Below, in pieces: positions 36,731-46,174 of a DNA stretch of 48,435 nt. Source of the stretch: Saprospiraceae bacterium (GTDB taxonomy: Bacteria; Bacteroidota; Bacteroidia; Chitinophagales; Saprospiraceae); contig DASXWI010000080.1 of the NCBI GenBank assembly GCA_036503755.1, positions 1 to 48,435 of the forward strand. Direction: 5' to 3'. Below the pieces are notes generated by a model. The model saw only the letters and a list, made by a program, of their open reading frames with translations. It was not told the DNA's origin and searched no databases. A program made the translations under genes and the position numbers. Each line of letters begins with the position of its first letter. Position 1 is the first letter of the stretch.

Positions 36731-36945
36731 AGGGCATAGGGCATAGGGCGACGAAGCATATCGAAGCGCAGTGGAGATTCCGCTATGTAACGAAGCCATA
36801 AAGCGGGAGGGCATAGAGCATGGGGTATAGGTTAGGAAGCAGATCAAAGAGCATTGGAGATTGCATAATGATGCAAAACCATTAAGCGGGAGAAAAAGTA
36901 AATTCGTGAAAATTCGCGTGAATTCGCGGCGGAGAAGGCAGGAGA
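36731..36945. repeat. Low-complexity intergenic island with short tandem and dispersed repeats
   Basis: Read directly: GCATAGG x2 (36727-36745 region), GCATAGAGCATGGGG, and ATTCGTGAAAATTCGCGTGAATTCGCGG. Two GGAGATT...AAGCGGGAG units start at 36773 and 36856 and match at about 26 of 37 positions. Confidence 0.5.
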
Positions 36946-37986
36946 TCAGGAGATTTTTACAGGACCGGGTCCGACACCATCAAGAATATATTTTCCATCC
37001 ACACAGTGTTGGGAAAGTTCACTTTTTATCCAAATCAGGATACTGGATGCATAGTCTGAAGGATAAAGCAAATGGACATTTGGGCCTGCATCCAATGTAA
37101 AACAAACAGGGATACCGGATTCTTTTCTGAACCGCCACACCTCTTTGATAATAGACATTGTTCCAGGTTCCATTAGTATGAAAGGATTTTTCCCGCTCAT
37201 CATCAGGGCGTGTAATTGCAAAGCTTCTGATTCGACAATAGAAATAAACTGATCGAGTTCATTATCGACTTGCATACTCTTGCATAATGATTCAATATTC
37301 TTAAAAGCTTCATTATACCTTGTTTCAGCGTATGGCAAGCTGTCCATGAGTTTGTGACCTGCAGAACTGGATACTGCTTTTTCTTCACTACTGACAATTA
37401 ATATCGCATCTCTATAATCTTTATAAACTGCAGCCAGTTGATTTTCCCAGGGAATGGCATAGAGATCACTACTTTCTTTAGCCAAAGGGGTTTTCCCCCA
37501 GATGGAAATAACAGGAAATACAGAACGGCATGCACTACCCGATCCCATACGCGCTATCTCGGAGACATTCTGCCACCACAACTCATCATGATCAGCAATG
37601 TTTGCAGTCATCTGATCATGGATATCCATCAGGCACAGAGCTAAAGCACTCATGGCACTGGCAGAGGAGGCAATTCCTGCACCATGTGGAAAAGAATTGT
37701 GAGAATCAATTTCAACTGCAGCATCAGCCAGCCAGGGAAACCGATCTTTCAACATGGTAAGAAACGTGTTGATTTTTGGTTCGAAAGATGGTTTTGGTTG
37801 GCCATCGTACTTCACCATTAGGCCGGGAACAACAGCATTTGGTGTAACGGCAAGTGTCATGGTAGTATGACATTCTGATAAAGTAAAACTCACTGAAGGA
37901 TTGCGAGGTAACTGGAGGCTGTATTTGCCCCAGTATTTAATCAATGCGATATTGGATGGAGAACGCCAGGAAGCAGTATAAGTCAT
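36946..37986 (-). CDS. mvaD: Diphosphomevalonate (mevalonate diphosphate) decarboxylase
   Basis: [12 protein letters not shown] and [14 protein letters not shown]-kinase-fold motifs, 346 aa. Confidence 0.88.
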   Translation of the reverse strand: MTYTASWRSPSNIALIKYWGKYSLQLPRNPSVSFTLSECHTTMTLAVTPNAVVPGLMVKYDGQPKPSFEPKINTFLTMLKDRFPWLADAAVEIDSHNSFPHGAGIASSASAMSALALCLMDIHDQMTANIADHDELWWQNVSEIARMGSGSACRSVFPVISIWGKTPLAKESSDLYAIPWENQLAAVYKDYRDAILIVSSEEKAVSSSAGHKLMDSLPYAETRYNEAFKNIESLCKSMQVDNELDQFISIVESEALQLHALMMSGKNPFILMEPGTMSIIKEVWRFRKESGIPVCFTLDAGPNVHLLYPSDYASSILIWIKSELSQHCVDGKYILDGVGPGPVKIS

Positions 37987-38037
37987 GTGACCATGATATT
38001 CCCGGGTAAAAGTAATATTCCTGCGCTGTAAAGTGCC

Positions 38038-38652
38038 TTACTCTAATGTAATCTCGAAGTCATTGAGGATCATATCCAGAATACGGTCTTCTCCTGGTTT
38101 GTATCCTTCTTTGAGGTCATACCCATAAAGTTTACCAACGGTTTGCCATTTCACAGCATTAAAACTACCTCGGACATCTTTGAGAATTTCATAGGTATTC
38201 GTATTAAGATGCCGCTCGATCATTTTCACCAGGATTTTGCCCTCGGTCCGGGACAAATCTTTCAATTTATCCGTAAACTCATCTTTGGCATCCTGCTGAA
38301 TGGATTTAGCATATTTCCGGGCCTTTCCACTTTTCATGTCTTTAGTTTCCTCCTCATACTTCCTGTACATACGGATACTCTCTATGGCATAAGGCAAAAC
38401 TTTCATGGCATACCGGCGATAGCGCATGTATTGTCTGTATTCTTCATCATTGGAGAAGACCGGAGGAGCTTTGATGACCACTTCGGGGAAAGTGCCTACA
38501 ATGAGGGTATCTGTGCCTGTAATCCGGATACGCATGACTCTCCCGTCCTGATGGACGATGGTGGTATCATAAGAAGCCCCATTCTGGCCATAAGCCAAGC
38601 TACCTGAAAGGATCAGGCATAAAAAGGCAATAAATGAAACCAGTCGATTCAT
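38038..38652 (-). CDS. Secreted hypothetical protein (DUF4294-like?)
   Basis: Signal peptide MNRLVSFIAFLCLILSGSLAYGQ, followed by a lysine/glutamate-rich helical body, 204 aa. The plus-strand ORF 38143-38607 looks like an antisense shadow. Confidence 0.4.
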   Translation of the reverse strand: MNRLVSFIAFLCLILSGSLAYGQNGASYDTTIVHQDGRVMRIRITGTDTLIVGTFPEVVIKAPPVFSNDEEYRQYMRYRRYAMKVLPYAIESIRMYRKYEEETKDMKSGKARKYAKSIQQDAKDEFTDKLKDLSRTEGKILVKMIERHLNTNTYEILKDVRGSFNAVKWQTVGKLYGYDLKEGYKPGEDRILDMILNDFEITLE

Positions 38653-38723
38653 CCGGGAGTATAACGACGAAGATACTATGGTAGTTTACACTGCTGCCAA
38701 CCGGGCAAATAAATGGGAAATTA

Positions 38724-41700
38724 TTAACGAAGCAGGGTTAAATCACTATGTGCCGAGTCCGTTCGTAATACACCATCATCATTATATTCCCAACTCAAAA
38801 CCAACACATACACACCCGGCATGGCGTCTTTCGAATTGAACAAACCATCCCAGGAGAAAGGATTGGCATCAGAGCTAAAAACAAGATTACCCCACCGATC
38901 AAAAATCGAACCATGCATCGATTGTACATCAAGATCTGACCCCATGCCGATGACAAACAAATCATTGACCCCGTCACCATTAGGAGAAAATACATTTGGA
39001 ATATAGAGCTCCTTATGTAGCTCTGGAGTATAACAATCCATTCCCGGTATTACACTAACCTCGTCTGAAACCAGGCTGCATGCTGTGCTTACCTCCACAC
39101 TATAGACACCAGGTGTAGAGATTTCAATGGAAGGAGAGATAGAACCGTTATTCCAATTATAACTTGTGACGAAAGGTTGAGTTGCATCAAGCGTAATAAT
39201 ATCACCCTCACACCATTCAAGCTCAGGACCAAGATCGAGAACAGGAACTTGTGTATCATAGGAGAGAACAAGTTCATCGGAAACAGATCCGCAATCATTA
39301 CTCAGTTGTAATGTATAAGTTATTGGTTGATCCGCGATGATAGTTTCAAGGATACTTCCATCCTGCCATTGTATGTTAAAAGTTGATGATGGAGCAGTAA
39401 GTGTAATAAATTCACCCGGACATAATGTTGTATCAGGGCCAAGTGTAAATGGATCCGGAGCTTCTAAATAAGAAACGACTATAGTATCAGATGCATCACC
39501 ACATCTGTTTGATTCAACAAGAGAGAAAATACCTGGAGATGTAACAGAGAAAGATGATGAAGATGAACCATTCTGCCATTGAATGGAAGTGATGGCATCT
39601 GCATCTGACACTAAGAGGAGGCTATTTCCTTCACAGAGAGTTGTGTCCGGACCCAAAACAACTGTCGGGGGAATTCCGGAGATATCAACATTGATCGTAT
39701 CTCTATCTGCTCCGCAATTATTGCTCACTTCGAGAATAAACACACCAGATTGTGTTGTTGTAAAATCTGGATCAGTCGATCCATCCTGCCAGAGATAATT
39801 CACGCCTGAAACCCCTGAAGGAATGGTAACCATTGCACCCTCGCATTCCTGGATGTCCAGGCCAAGATTTACAATGGGTCCTTGTGTGCTTTCAAAAATT
39901 TCAAGCGTGTCTGATGATGTGCCACATTCATTGGAAATAATCAGTATGATGGATTCCTCTTGAGTGGATTGATAAGAATTGTTTATAGATCCATCCTGCC
40001 ACTCGTAATTCACATTTGAAATACCTGGAGAGACATTGATGATTTCACCCGGGCAAAGAGACTGGTCTGGACCTAGATCTAGTGTTGGCACATCAGGTAG
40101 AGCATTTACAACGAGCGTATCGTTAGAAGTTCCACATCCATTTGAAATCGATGCAGCCACTTCACCGGGACCGGAAACGGTATAATTAAGATCTGTTGAA
40201 CCGTCAGCCCAAAGCACAGAAACGCCAGGAGTCTGGATAGTAAGTGTGAAGGATTGCCATGAGCATAAAGAAGTATCCGGGCCAAGATCAAGAGGTGGTG
40301 TTGAGGGCAAAAAATCCACAAGAAGGGTGTCGAAAGAAGTACCACAAGTATTACTTACGGATACAGTAATCAATCCGGCGGTTGAAACATCAAACGAAGA
40401 CATTTCAGAACCGTCGTGCCATAACCACGAATCGACATTAGAATAGGTAGGGACGATCCATTCGTGACTTCCAGGACAAATCTGGATATCGTTTCCGAGA
40501 TCCACCAAAGGAGCAGGTCCTCCATCGACAATGATCACAGTATCGCGATCCGAACCACATGCATTACTTACTGTAAGACTATAGGCACCAGGTGACGACA
40601 CATGAATTTGTTGGTTTTGAGAATTATCATTCCACAAATAATTGACACCACCAATCCCTGCATCAAGCGTGATGGATTGTCCCTGGCATAACGTTAACTG
40701 TGAAGGTAAATCAACGGATGGAGGGCTATTATTTACAGAGACATTAATCGTATCAGTGACATTACTGCAAGCATTGGATAATCCAACAAAATAAGTACCT
40801 GCACCAGTGACATGAAAAGTATCAGCTGTACTTCCATCTTGCCAGAGATAAGCTGCATCCTGATGATTGGCGTGTAGCACTAATTCTTCTCCAGGACAAA
40901 GGTTGACATCAGGACCAAAATCAAAAGGAGATAACAAGCCAGTATAGTCTATTACAATATCATCCCATACTTCTCCACAAAAATTGGTGATTGTCAATGC
41001 ATAAACACCCGATGATGTGACAACCAGGGTATCATTATTAGAATTGTCCTGCCATTCGTAAGTTCCATTTACTGCTGCCGTAGTCAATGTTACCATTTCA
41101 TTTCCACAGACAATTATATCCGGGCCAAGATCTACCGTCGGTGGGTCAATGACAGTGACTACAACCTGGTCGATACCGGTTCCGCATTCATTGGATACGT
41201 AAAGGGTATACAAGCCTCCAGAGGTAATTTCATAATTAGCATCACTACTTCCATCTTGCCATAATATATCTCCAAGTTGCGGGTCAATTTCAAATTCAAG
41301 GATATCTCCATTGCACATGTTTTGTTCATCAGGACCAAGTTCCGGTTCAGGTACCTCCAGGTCTGTGATCACAACTTCATCACTTACTTCTCCGCACATG
41401 TTACTTACGGTAACGGCATAGGTTCCACCTCCACTTACAATGTATGACGGTAAGGTAGAGTTGTCGTGCCAAGTGAAATCACCAAGGGATGAATCAAATA
41501 AATAATCAATCTCATCACCGAAACAAAGAATCATGTCTTCCCCAAGTGAAATGGGATCCGGAGGATATAGAATGTTAATTTCAATTTCATCGACAGATTG
41601 AGCACAACCATCATCGAGCGTAACGGAATATATTCCAGGAGTAGACATTGAATATTCGGAATCATGAGAACCGTCTTGCCACGTATATTCTGAAAGTTCC

Positions 41701-42671
41701 GGATCAAAGGCAACTTCATATACATCTCCGATACAGAGGGTAACTTCTTCCGGACCAAGATCAATGGGATCAAAGTTCCCGTTAATAATCACTTCGATGG
41801 AATCCAATCCATAATTGCACCCATCCGTAATGGTAAGACTATATACGCCGGATTCTGTAACGGTCATGGTTGGACCATGACTTCCGTCTTCCCAGATGAG
41901 GTTATATCCGGATACATCAGGATCAATTTCGTAAGAAAAACATTCATAGACAGGACCGTCAAGTTCAAGAGGGATATTAGCAGGAGCATCTCCTTCTACC
42001 ACCGAAATATCTTCAAAGAAGTAGTAAGCAAGATCACTACCACAATCCGGATCTACCGGTGTATCTGAATCATCATGAAAATTTCCGATGGTGATATAAG
42101 CTTCACCACCAACGGCGAAGAAACATCCGGAAATCAATGTCCAGTTGTCATAATCATTTATAAAACCACTATTGGATTCAATCTGCGGAGTGACGTTTAA
42201 TGCTTCTGTTCCGTTGCTCGAAGGTGGAGTTGAAGATAAATAAGCACCTATATTTTTAACAGGACAACCGTATTCTCCAGGGCTAACAAAAAAACTAACA
42301 TAGTACCACCGTCCGGCAACAAGCGGAGAGAGCAGCGGGGCTTGTATATATTCCCTGTATTCATAGGTCGGCAGTTTACAGTACCCACCCGCGTAACCAT
42401 CACCGGTAATAGCATCCTGTTCACCAAAAAAATTATCAGGAACATCAGTGATATTGGTATTGGAGCAGGCATTAAAAACATCCGGCGACCCCATGGTTGG
42501 CCCAGTCCAGGGAGGAGCGACGGTAGGACCATTGGCCCCAAAAGTCAAAGGACAGGTATTGTAGGTTTCAAAACTGTAGTTTGGAACAAGGTTCTGGCCG
42601 GTCAATATAGCCAGGCTTCCTGTTGAAAACAGGACATAGAGGAGCAAGCGCTTGTGAAAACGGAACGACAT
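38724..42671 (-). CDS. Large cell-surface repeat protein with a T9SS type-B (gliding motility-associated) C-terminal sorting domain
   Basis: Signal peptide. The C-terminal hallmark is YIPNVFSPNGDGVNDLF...FDRWGNLVF...WDG...PGVYV (aa 1221-1315). There are 14 repeats of about 70 aa, each with C.G...L.....Y.WQDGS...Y.V...G.Y...VSN.CG..D. Confidence 0.85.
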   Translation of the reverse strand: MSFRFHKRLLLYVLFSTGSLAILTGQNLVPNYSFETYNTCPLTFGANGPTVAPPWTGPTMGSPDVFNACSNTNITDVPDNFFGEQDAITGDGYAGGYCKLPTYEYREYIQAPLLSPLVAGRWYYVSFFVSPGEYGCPVKNIGAYLSSTPPSSNGTEALNVTPQIESNSGFINDYDNWTLISGCFFAVGGEAYITIGNFHDDSDTPVDPDCGSDLAYYFFEDISVVEGDAPANIPLELDGPVYECFSYEIDPDVSGYNLIWEDGSHGPTMTVTESGVYSLTITDGCNYGLDSIEVIINGNFDPIDLGPEEVTLCIGDVYEVAFDPELSEYTWQDGSHDSEYSMSTPGIYSVTLDDGCAQSVDEIEINILYPPDPISLGEDMILCFGDEIDYLFDSSLGDFTWHDNSTLPSYIVSGGGTYAVTVSNMCGEVSDEVVITDLEVPEPELGPDEQNMCNGDILEFEIDPQLGDILWQDGSSDANYEITSGGLYTLYVSNECGTGIDQVVVTVIDPPTVDLGPDIIVCGNEMVTLTTAAVNGTYEWQDNSNNDTLVVTSSGVYALTITNFCGEVWDDIVIDYTGLLSPFDFGPDVNLCPGEELVLHANHQDAAYLWQDGSTADTFHVTGAGTYFVGLSNACSNVTDTINVSVNNSPPSVDLPSQLTLCQGQSITLDAGIGGVNYLWNDNSQNQQIHVSSPGAYSLTVSNACGSDRDTVIIVDGGPAPLVDLGNDIQICPGSHEWIVPTYSNVDSWLWHDGSEMSSFDVSTAGLITVSVSNTCGTSFDTLLVDFLPSTPPLDLGPDTSLCSWQSFTLTIQTPGVSVLWADGSTDLNYTVSGPGEVAASISNGCGTSNDTLVVNALPDVPTLDLGPDQSLCPGEIINVSPGISNVNYEWQDGSINNSYQSTQEESIILIISNECGTSSDTLEIFESTQGPIVNLGLDIQECEGAMVTIPSGVSGVNYLWQDGSTDPDFTTTQSGVFILEVSNNCGADRDTINVDISGIPPTVVLGPDTTLCEGNSLLLVSDADAITSIQWQNGSSSSSFSVTSPGIFSLVESNRCGDASDTIVVSYLEAPDPFTLGPDTTLCPGEFITLTAPSSTFNIQWQDGSILETIIADQPITYTLQLSNDCGSVSDELVLSYDTQVPVLDLGPELEWCEGDIITLDATQPFVTSYNWNNGSISPSIEISTPGVYSVEVSTACSLVSDEVSVIPGMDCYTPELHKELYIPNVFSPNGDGVNDLFVIGMGSDLDVQSMHGSIFDRWGNLVFSSDANPFSWDGLFNSKDAMPGVYVLVLSWEYNDDGVLRTDSAHSDLTLLR
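39042..41969 (-). repeat. 14 tandem coding repeats of about 210 bp (70-aa Ig-like modules with a W-Q/E/H-D-G-S core)
   Basis: The conserved Trp lies at aa 260, 331, 401, 471, 540, 610, 680, 751, 821, 891, 961, 1032, 1102 and 1173 of the 1315-aa protein. Confidence 0.8.
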
Positions 42672-42793
42672 TCTAATTGGGTATTAGCAATATTGATCAT
42701 ATGTAGTATTTAGACAGGAGACGTCGGCTAAACTACAGGGAAGAAAGATAACCAATACAGCAGAATAGCTGCCTATGAATGCTTTCCCTTTGG

Positions 42794-43213
42794 TTATTTT
42801 TTTGGCATTTTATCCCAACTCACCTTAGTCTCATCATCGATGTTAAACAAAAGATAAATGTTGGATATCTTTTGATCAAAGGTATGTTTGCCTTCCCAGA
42901 GGCAGTCAATGCTATAAAGGTTTTGAAGCGTGTGTTCTTCCCAACGCCCTTCATACTTTACAAGGTTTATGATCCGTATTCTATGCGTACCAAAAGGTAC
43001 TTCGACGGTCAGCAAGCCACCGTCAGATTGATTTGCTTCGACGGATTCACCTGCGAGAGTTCCATTTACCCAGACTTGCGTTTTGCAGAGATGATCTTTT
43101 CCCTTGTCAATACCGATAAACTTGAACGTAGTGGTGAAAAAAGAGGTCTGACCAAAAACGAAAGAAGAGAACAATAGCAAGAATAACAATGGAAGTGATT
43201 TCATTGTAATCAT
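42794..43213 (-). CDS. Small secreted hypothetical protein
   Basis: Signal peptide MITMKSLPLLFLLLFSSFVFGQ, beta-rich, 139 aa. I prefer it over the overlapping plus-strand ORF 42779-43177, which has no convincing features. Confidence 0.4.
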   Translation of the reverse strand: MITMKSLPLLFLLLFSSFVFGQTSFFTTTFKFIGIDKGKDHLCKTQVWVNGTLAGESVEANQSDGGLLTVEVPFGTHRIRIINLVKYEGRWEEHTLQNLYSIDCLWEGKHTFDQKISNIYLLFNIDDETKVSWDKMPKK

Positions 43214-43256
43214 TTTATGGGGTTAGCTAAGGTTGATAAAGATACGCGGTATAGGC

Positions 43257-44183
43257 TTACCTTAACTTTTCCAGCAGCTTTTTCGTAGCCGCGATACCAT
43301 CATCCTCACTAAGACGGGATCCCTCGTATTCAATGCCCAGGTATCCTTTGTATCCTGATTTTTTTACCAATTTGATCATACGTGCAAAGTCGATTGTGGT
43401 TTCATTTCCCTTTGCGTCGAAATCGTAGGATTTGGCACTTACCGCTTTTGCAAAAGGCAAAAGCTCTTCAACTCCTTGGTACCGGTCATATTCTTCTATA
43501 CATCCCTTATCATTGCTTTTTATACAGAAGTTACCAAAATCAGGGAGCGTGCCGCAATTAGGCAAATTGATTTCTTTCATTACTCCGGATAACCACTTTC
43601 CATTGGAGCTTAACCCACCATGATTTTCTACAATGACATTTATCCCTATCGGTTTTGCATAAGTAGCAAGTTGACCAAGTCCGTCTACTGCCGCTGCATG
43701 AAGTACAAGGGCGTTGCCGGAAGAACCATGGGCATTGACACGAATGGAATGACAGCCAAGGGTCTTTGCAGCATCGACCCATTTGTAATGATTTTCAACA
43801 GCCTTTTTGCGGATCTTATCTTCAGGTTCTGCAAGTCCACCTTCTTCATCAATCATGATCAGCAATTGCTCAACTCCAGCATCACTTGCCCGTTTATTCA
43901 TCTCAGCCAGGTAGGAAGCATCAGTTGCTTTGTCTTTAAAAAACTGGTTAACATATTCGATAGCGTGAATGCCAAATGTGTTCGCAGCTTTTGAAGCGAA
44001 GTCTAGATGATCCATTCTCTTTTGCTGCAAAGCATGATGAAGGCTCCATTGCGCAAGGGAAATTTTAAAAGGACTTTTAGCATTGTCTTCATCTTCTTTT
44101 AAAAATGAATGTATATAAGGGAACAGGGTCATAGCTGCAGTGCTTAATACGCTTGTTTTAATAAAATTCCTTCTTCTCCACAT
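43257..44183 (-). CDS. Xylose-isomerase-like TIM-barrel protein (sugar phosphate isomerase/epimerase family) with a Tat signal
   Basis: Twin-arginine leader MWRRRNFIKTSVLSTAAMTLF. The body has the typical ...VENHGG... and ...GYLGIEYEG... segments of the AP endonuclease 2/xylose isomerase-like fold. Confidence 0.75.
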   Translation of the reverse strand: MWRRRNFIKTSVLSTAAMTLFPYIHSFLKEDEDNAKSPFKISLAQWSLHHALQQKRMDHLDFASKAANTFGIHAIEYVNQFFKDKATDASYLAEMNKRASDAGVEQLLIMIDEEGGLAEPEDKIRKKAVENHYKWVDAAKTLGCHSIRVNAHGSSGNALVLHAAAVDGLGQLATYAKPIGINVIVENHGGLSSNGKWLSGVMKEINLPNCGTLPDFGNFCIKSNDKGCIEEYDRYQGVEELLPFAKAVSAKSYDFDAKGNETTIDFARMIKLVKKSGYKGYLGIEYEGSRLSEDDGIAATKKLLEKLR

Positions 44184-44457
44184 GGGCTTTATGTTTTTAA
44201 AAGCGGCTTACCTATGATTTGTACTCTATCCACGCATAGTATTTAACCAATACGTTACACAGCTAAAATAGCCATCTATCGGTTATTTGTCAGATATTAT
44301 CAAAGTGGGGGTATGTGAATGAACAAAAAGCGGGATTTTTCATTTTTATCGAATGCCTTTCCCCAATGGACAGCACAAACACTCCTTACGTGCTAATAAC
44401 AAGGATGGAAGAAGAGGTTTGGGGTGTATTTTTAGTGTTTAAAGCCAATTCAGAAAC

Positions 44458-45516
44458 GTGTATCCATATTTTAAGATCCTGAGGGTTGTCCTAATCCTAT
44501 CCATGCCCGGACTACTCTTTTGTACCAGTAAAGACAAGGCGTCCCCTACCGGAGGCCCACCCCAGGGAGCCCAACAGTTGCTTGCTGTTCAGACCCTCAT
44601 AGCCAATCCACAACCGCTGAGCTCAAATATTGAGGTTCCAGGCACTATTCTGCCGAATGAATCCACAGAAATTCATCCGGAGATTTCCGGAAGGCTGGTT
44701 GCGCTGAATATTAAAGATGGAGACCGGGTAAGTAAGGGTGCATTGCTGGCCAGGTTGTATGATGGAGATCTTCAAGCCCAGCTACGCAAACTTGAGGTCC
44801 AATTGCAGATCGCCGAGCAGACAGAGAAGCGCCAGGCAGAGCTATTGAAAATACAGGGTATCAGCCAGCAGGAATATGATATCAGCTTATTGCAGGTATT
44901 AAGCCTGAAAGCGGATATGGAAATTGTCAAAGAAGCCATAAACAAAACAGTGATCAGGGCTCCGTTTTCGGGAAAGCTTGGATTGAAGAATGTGAGTCCA
45001 GGAGCGTATGTCACACCGGCTACAGTACTCACCACCATCAGCCAGGTGGATGCATTGAAAATCCAATTTAATATCCCTGAACGATACGGATCGTTGCTAC
45101 GTGCAGGAATGCCCATTTCATTTACGGTGGATGGCTCCGGAAAATCATTTACAGCAAATGTGATTGCCTCAGAAATCAGCATTGATGAAAATACAAGAAG
45201 CCTTGCGATAAGAGCGAAAGTTGCACAACGAGATCCTGTGCTGATCCCGGGTGGATTTGCGAAGGTCAAGATTGTATTCGGTAAACAAGAAGAAGCGTTG
45301 ATGGTGCCAAGTAATTCCATCATTCCGATTGGCCGGAAAAAACAACTCTACGTATATGAATCAGGAAAGGCCATGGTGCGTGAAGTGACCACAGGTGTCA
45401 GGGATAGTACCAATATCCAGATTCTGACAGGGATAAAGACAGGAGATACAGTGATTACGTCGGCGATTTTGTTTTTGAGGCCGGGACTCGAAGTTTCAAT
45501 TGCTAAGAGCAATTGA
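44458..45516 (+). CDS. Efflux RND transporter periplasmic adaptor subunit (MFP), probable lipoprotein
   Basis: GTG start. Lipobox-like LLFCTS, lipoyl-like hairpin GRLVALNIKDGDRVSKGALLARL, a coiled-coil and a beta-barrel domain, 352 aa. Confidence 0.88.
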   Translation: MYPYFKILRVVLILSMPGLLFCTSKDKASPTGGPPQGAQQLLAVQTLIANPQPLSSNIEVPGTILPNESTEIHPEISGRLVALNIKDGDRVSKGALLARLYDGDLQAQLRKLEVQLQIAEQTEKRQAELLKIQGISQQEYDISLLQVLSLKADMEIVKEAINKTVIRAPFSGKLGLKNVSPGAYVTPATVLTTISQVDALKIQFNIPERYGSLLRAGMPISFTVDGSGKSFTANVIASEISIDENTRSLAIRAKVAQRDPVLIPGGFAKVKIVFGKQEEALMVPSNSIIPIGRKKQLYVYESGKAMVREVTTGVRDSTNIQILTGIKTGDTVITSAILFLRPGLEVSIAKSN

Positions 45517-45521
45517 ATTCA

Positions 45522-45553
45522 CGTCAGTCGTGAGTCGTCAGTCGTGAGGTGAG
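45522..45553. repeat. Left flank of the four-helix-bundle cassette: CGTCAGTCGTGAG twice in tandem plus extra GTGAG units
   Basis: Read directly: 13-mers at 45522-45534 and 45536-45548, and GTGAG again at 45549-45553. Confidence 0.85.
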
Positions 45554-45686
45554 AATCTTAGTGCTGGAGCAGAGTAGAGATTTTAGTTGAGTTTGAAAAA
45601 AAATGGAATTTGATAGTAACAAATAGGATTGCTTAATACACTTAAGAGTGACAAAATCTTCTTTTTCACTTTTAAAAAGCAATAAC

Positions 45687-46052
45687 ATGTTCCTACCATT
45701 GGCACACACAAAACTGGATGTCTACAAATGTTCGAAAGAATTTGTTCTTTCTTGTTATAAGTTAACGAAGGAGCTTCCGGACAGTGAGCGATTTATTTTA
45801 ACACAACAAATTCGAAGAGCAGCATTATCTGTTCATTTGAATCTCGCAGAAGGAAGTTCAAGAAAATCAAATACAGAACGAAAACGATATTATGAAATCG
45901 CAAGGGGATCAATTATTGAAATTGATGCAGCATTTGATATTTGTTTTGGATTGGACTATCTAACAATTGAAATAATGCAACCAACCGGAGATTTAATGGT
46001 TCGAACGTTTCGAATGTTAAGCAAAATGATTGAAAAATATGATCTTGAATAA
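45687..46052 (+). CDS. Four-helix-bundle protein (23S rRNA intervening-sequence protein family)
   Basis: The ATG at 45687 gives 121 aa. The pattern KLDVYK...F....YKLTKELP..ERF.L..QIRRAA.SV..NLAEG..R.S..E...Y..IA.GS..E fits this family. The track start at 45648 is a GTG. Confidence 0.8.
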   Translation: MFLPLAHTKLDVYKCSKEFVLSCYKLTKELPDSERFILTQQIRRAALSVHLNLAEGSSRKSNTERKRYYEIARGSIIEIDAAFDICFGLDYLTIEIMQPTGDLMVRTFRMLSKMIEKYDLE

Positions 46053-46120
46053 CATCAATATCGAGAGTTTATATATGAATCACAGCTCTTTGAGTAAAAG
46101 CACAATTACTATTCTATTCT

Positions 46121-46174
46121 CTCACGTCTCACGACTGACGCCTCACGATTTCAAACTCACAACTCACAACTCAC
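46121..46174. repeat. Right flank of the cassette: CTCAC-rich tract containing the exact reverse complement of the left 13-mer, plus (AACTCAC)x3
   Basis: Read directly: CTCACGACTGACG at 46128-46140 is the reverse complement of CGTCAGTCGTGAG. Three AACTCAC units lie at 46154-46174, ending 3 nt before the pump start codon. Confidence 0.85.

Noticed and set aside
36710-36847. The N-terminal extension of about 40 aa on rfbA implied by the track ORF (TTG start at 36847).
   Set aside because: The extension is translated from the low-complexity repeat island and has no counterpart in RfbA proteins, which begin at M-K-G-I-I-L-A-G-G. Here that corresponds to the GTG at 36709, or to the ATG at 36730.
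36861-37100. A plus-strand 79-aa Arg-rich ORF spanning the repeat island and the 3' end of mvaD.
   Set aside because: It starts in low-complexity DNA, overlaps a strongly supported CDS in antisense, and its basic composition is what translated repeats would give.
38143-38607. A plus-strand 154-aa ORF opposite the 204-aa secreted protein gene.
   Set aside because: It is an antisense shadow. The minus-strand ORF has an ATG start, a signal peptide and coherent composition.
42779-43177. A plus-strand 132-aa ORF overlapping the minus-strand 139-aa ORF.
   Set aside because: The minus-strand product has a clean signal peptide and plausible beta-rich composition. The plus-strand product has neither.
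44772-45323. A 183-aa minus-strand ORF inside the RND adaptor gene.
   Set aside because: It is an antisense shadow of a well-supported plus-strand CDS and has no recognisable motifs.
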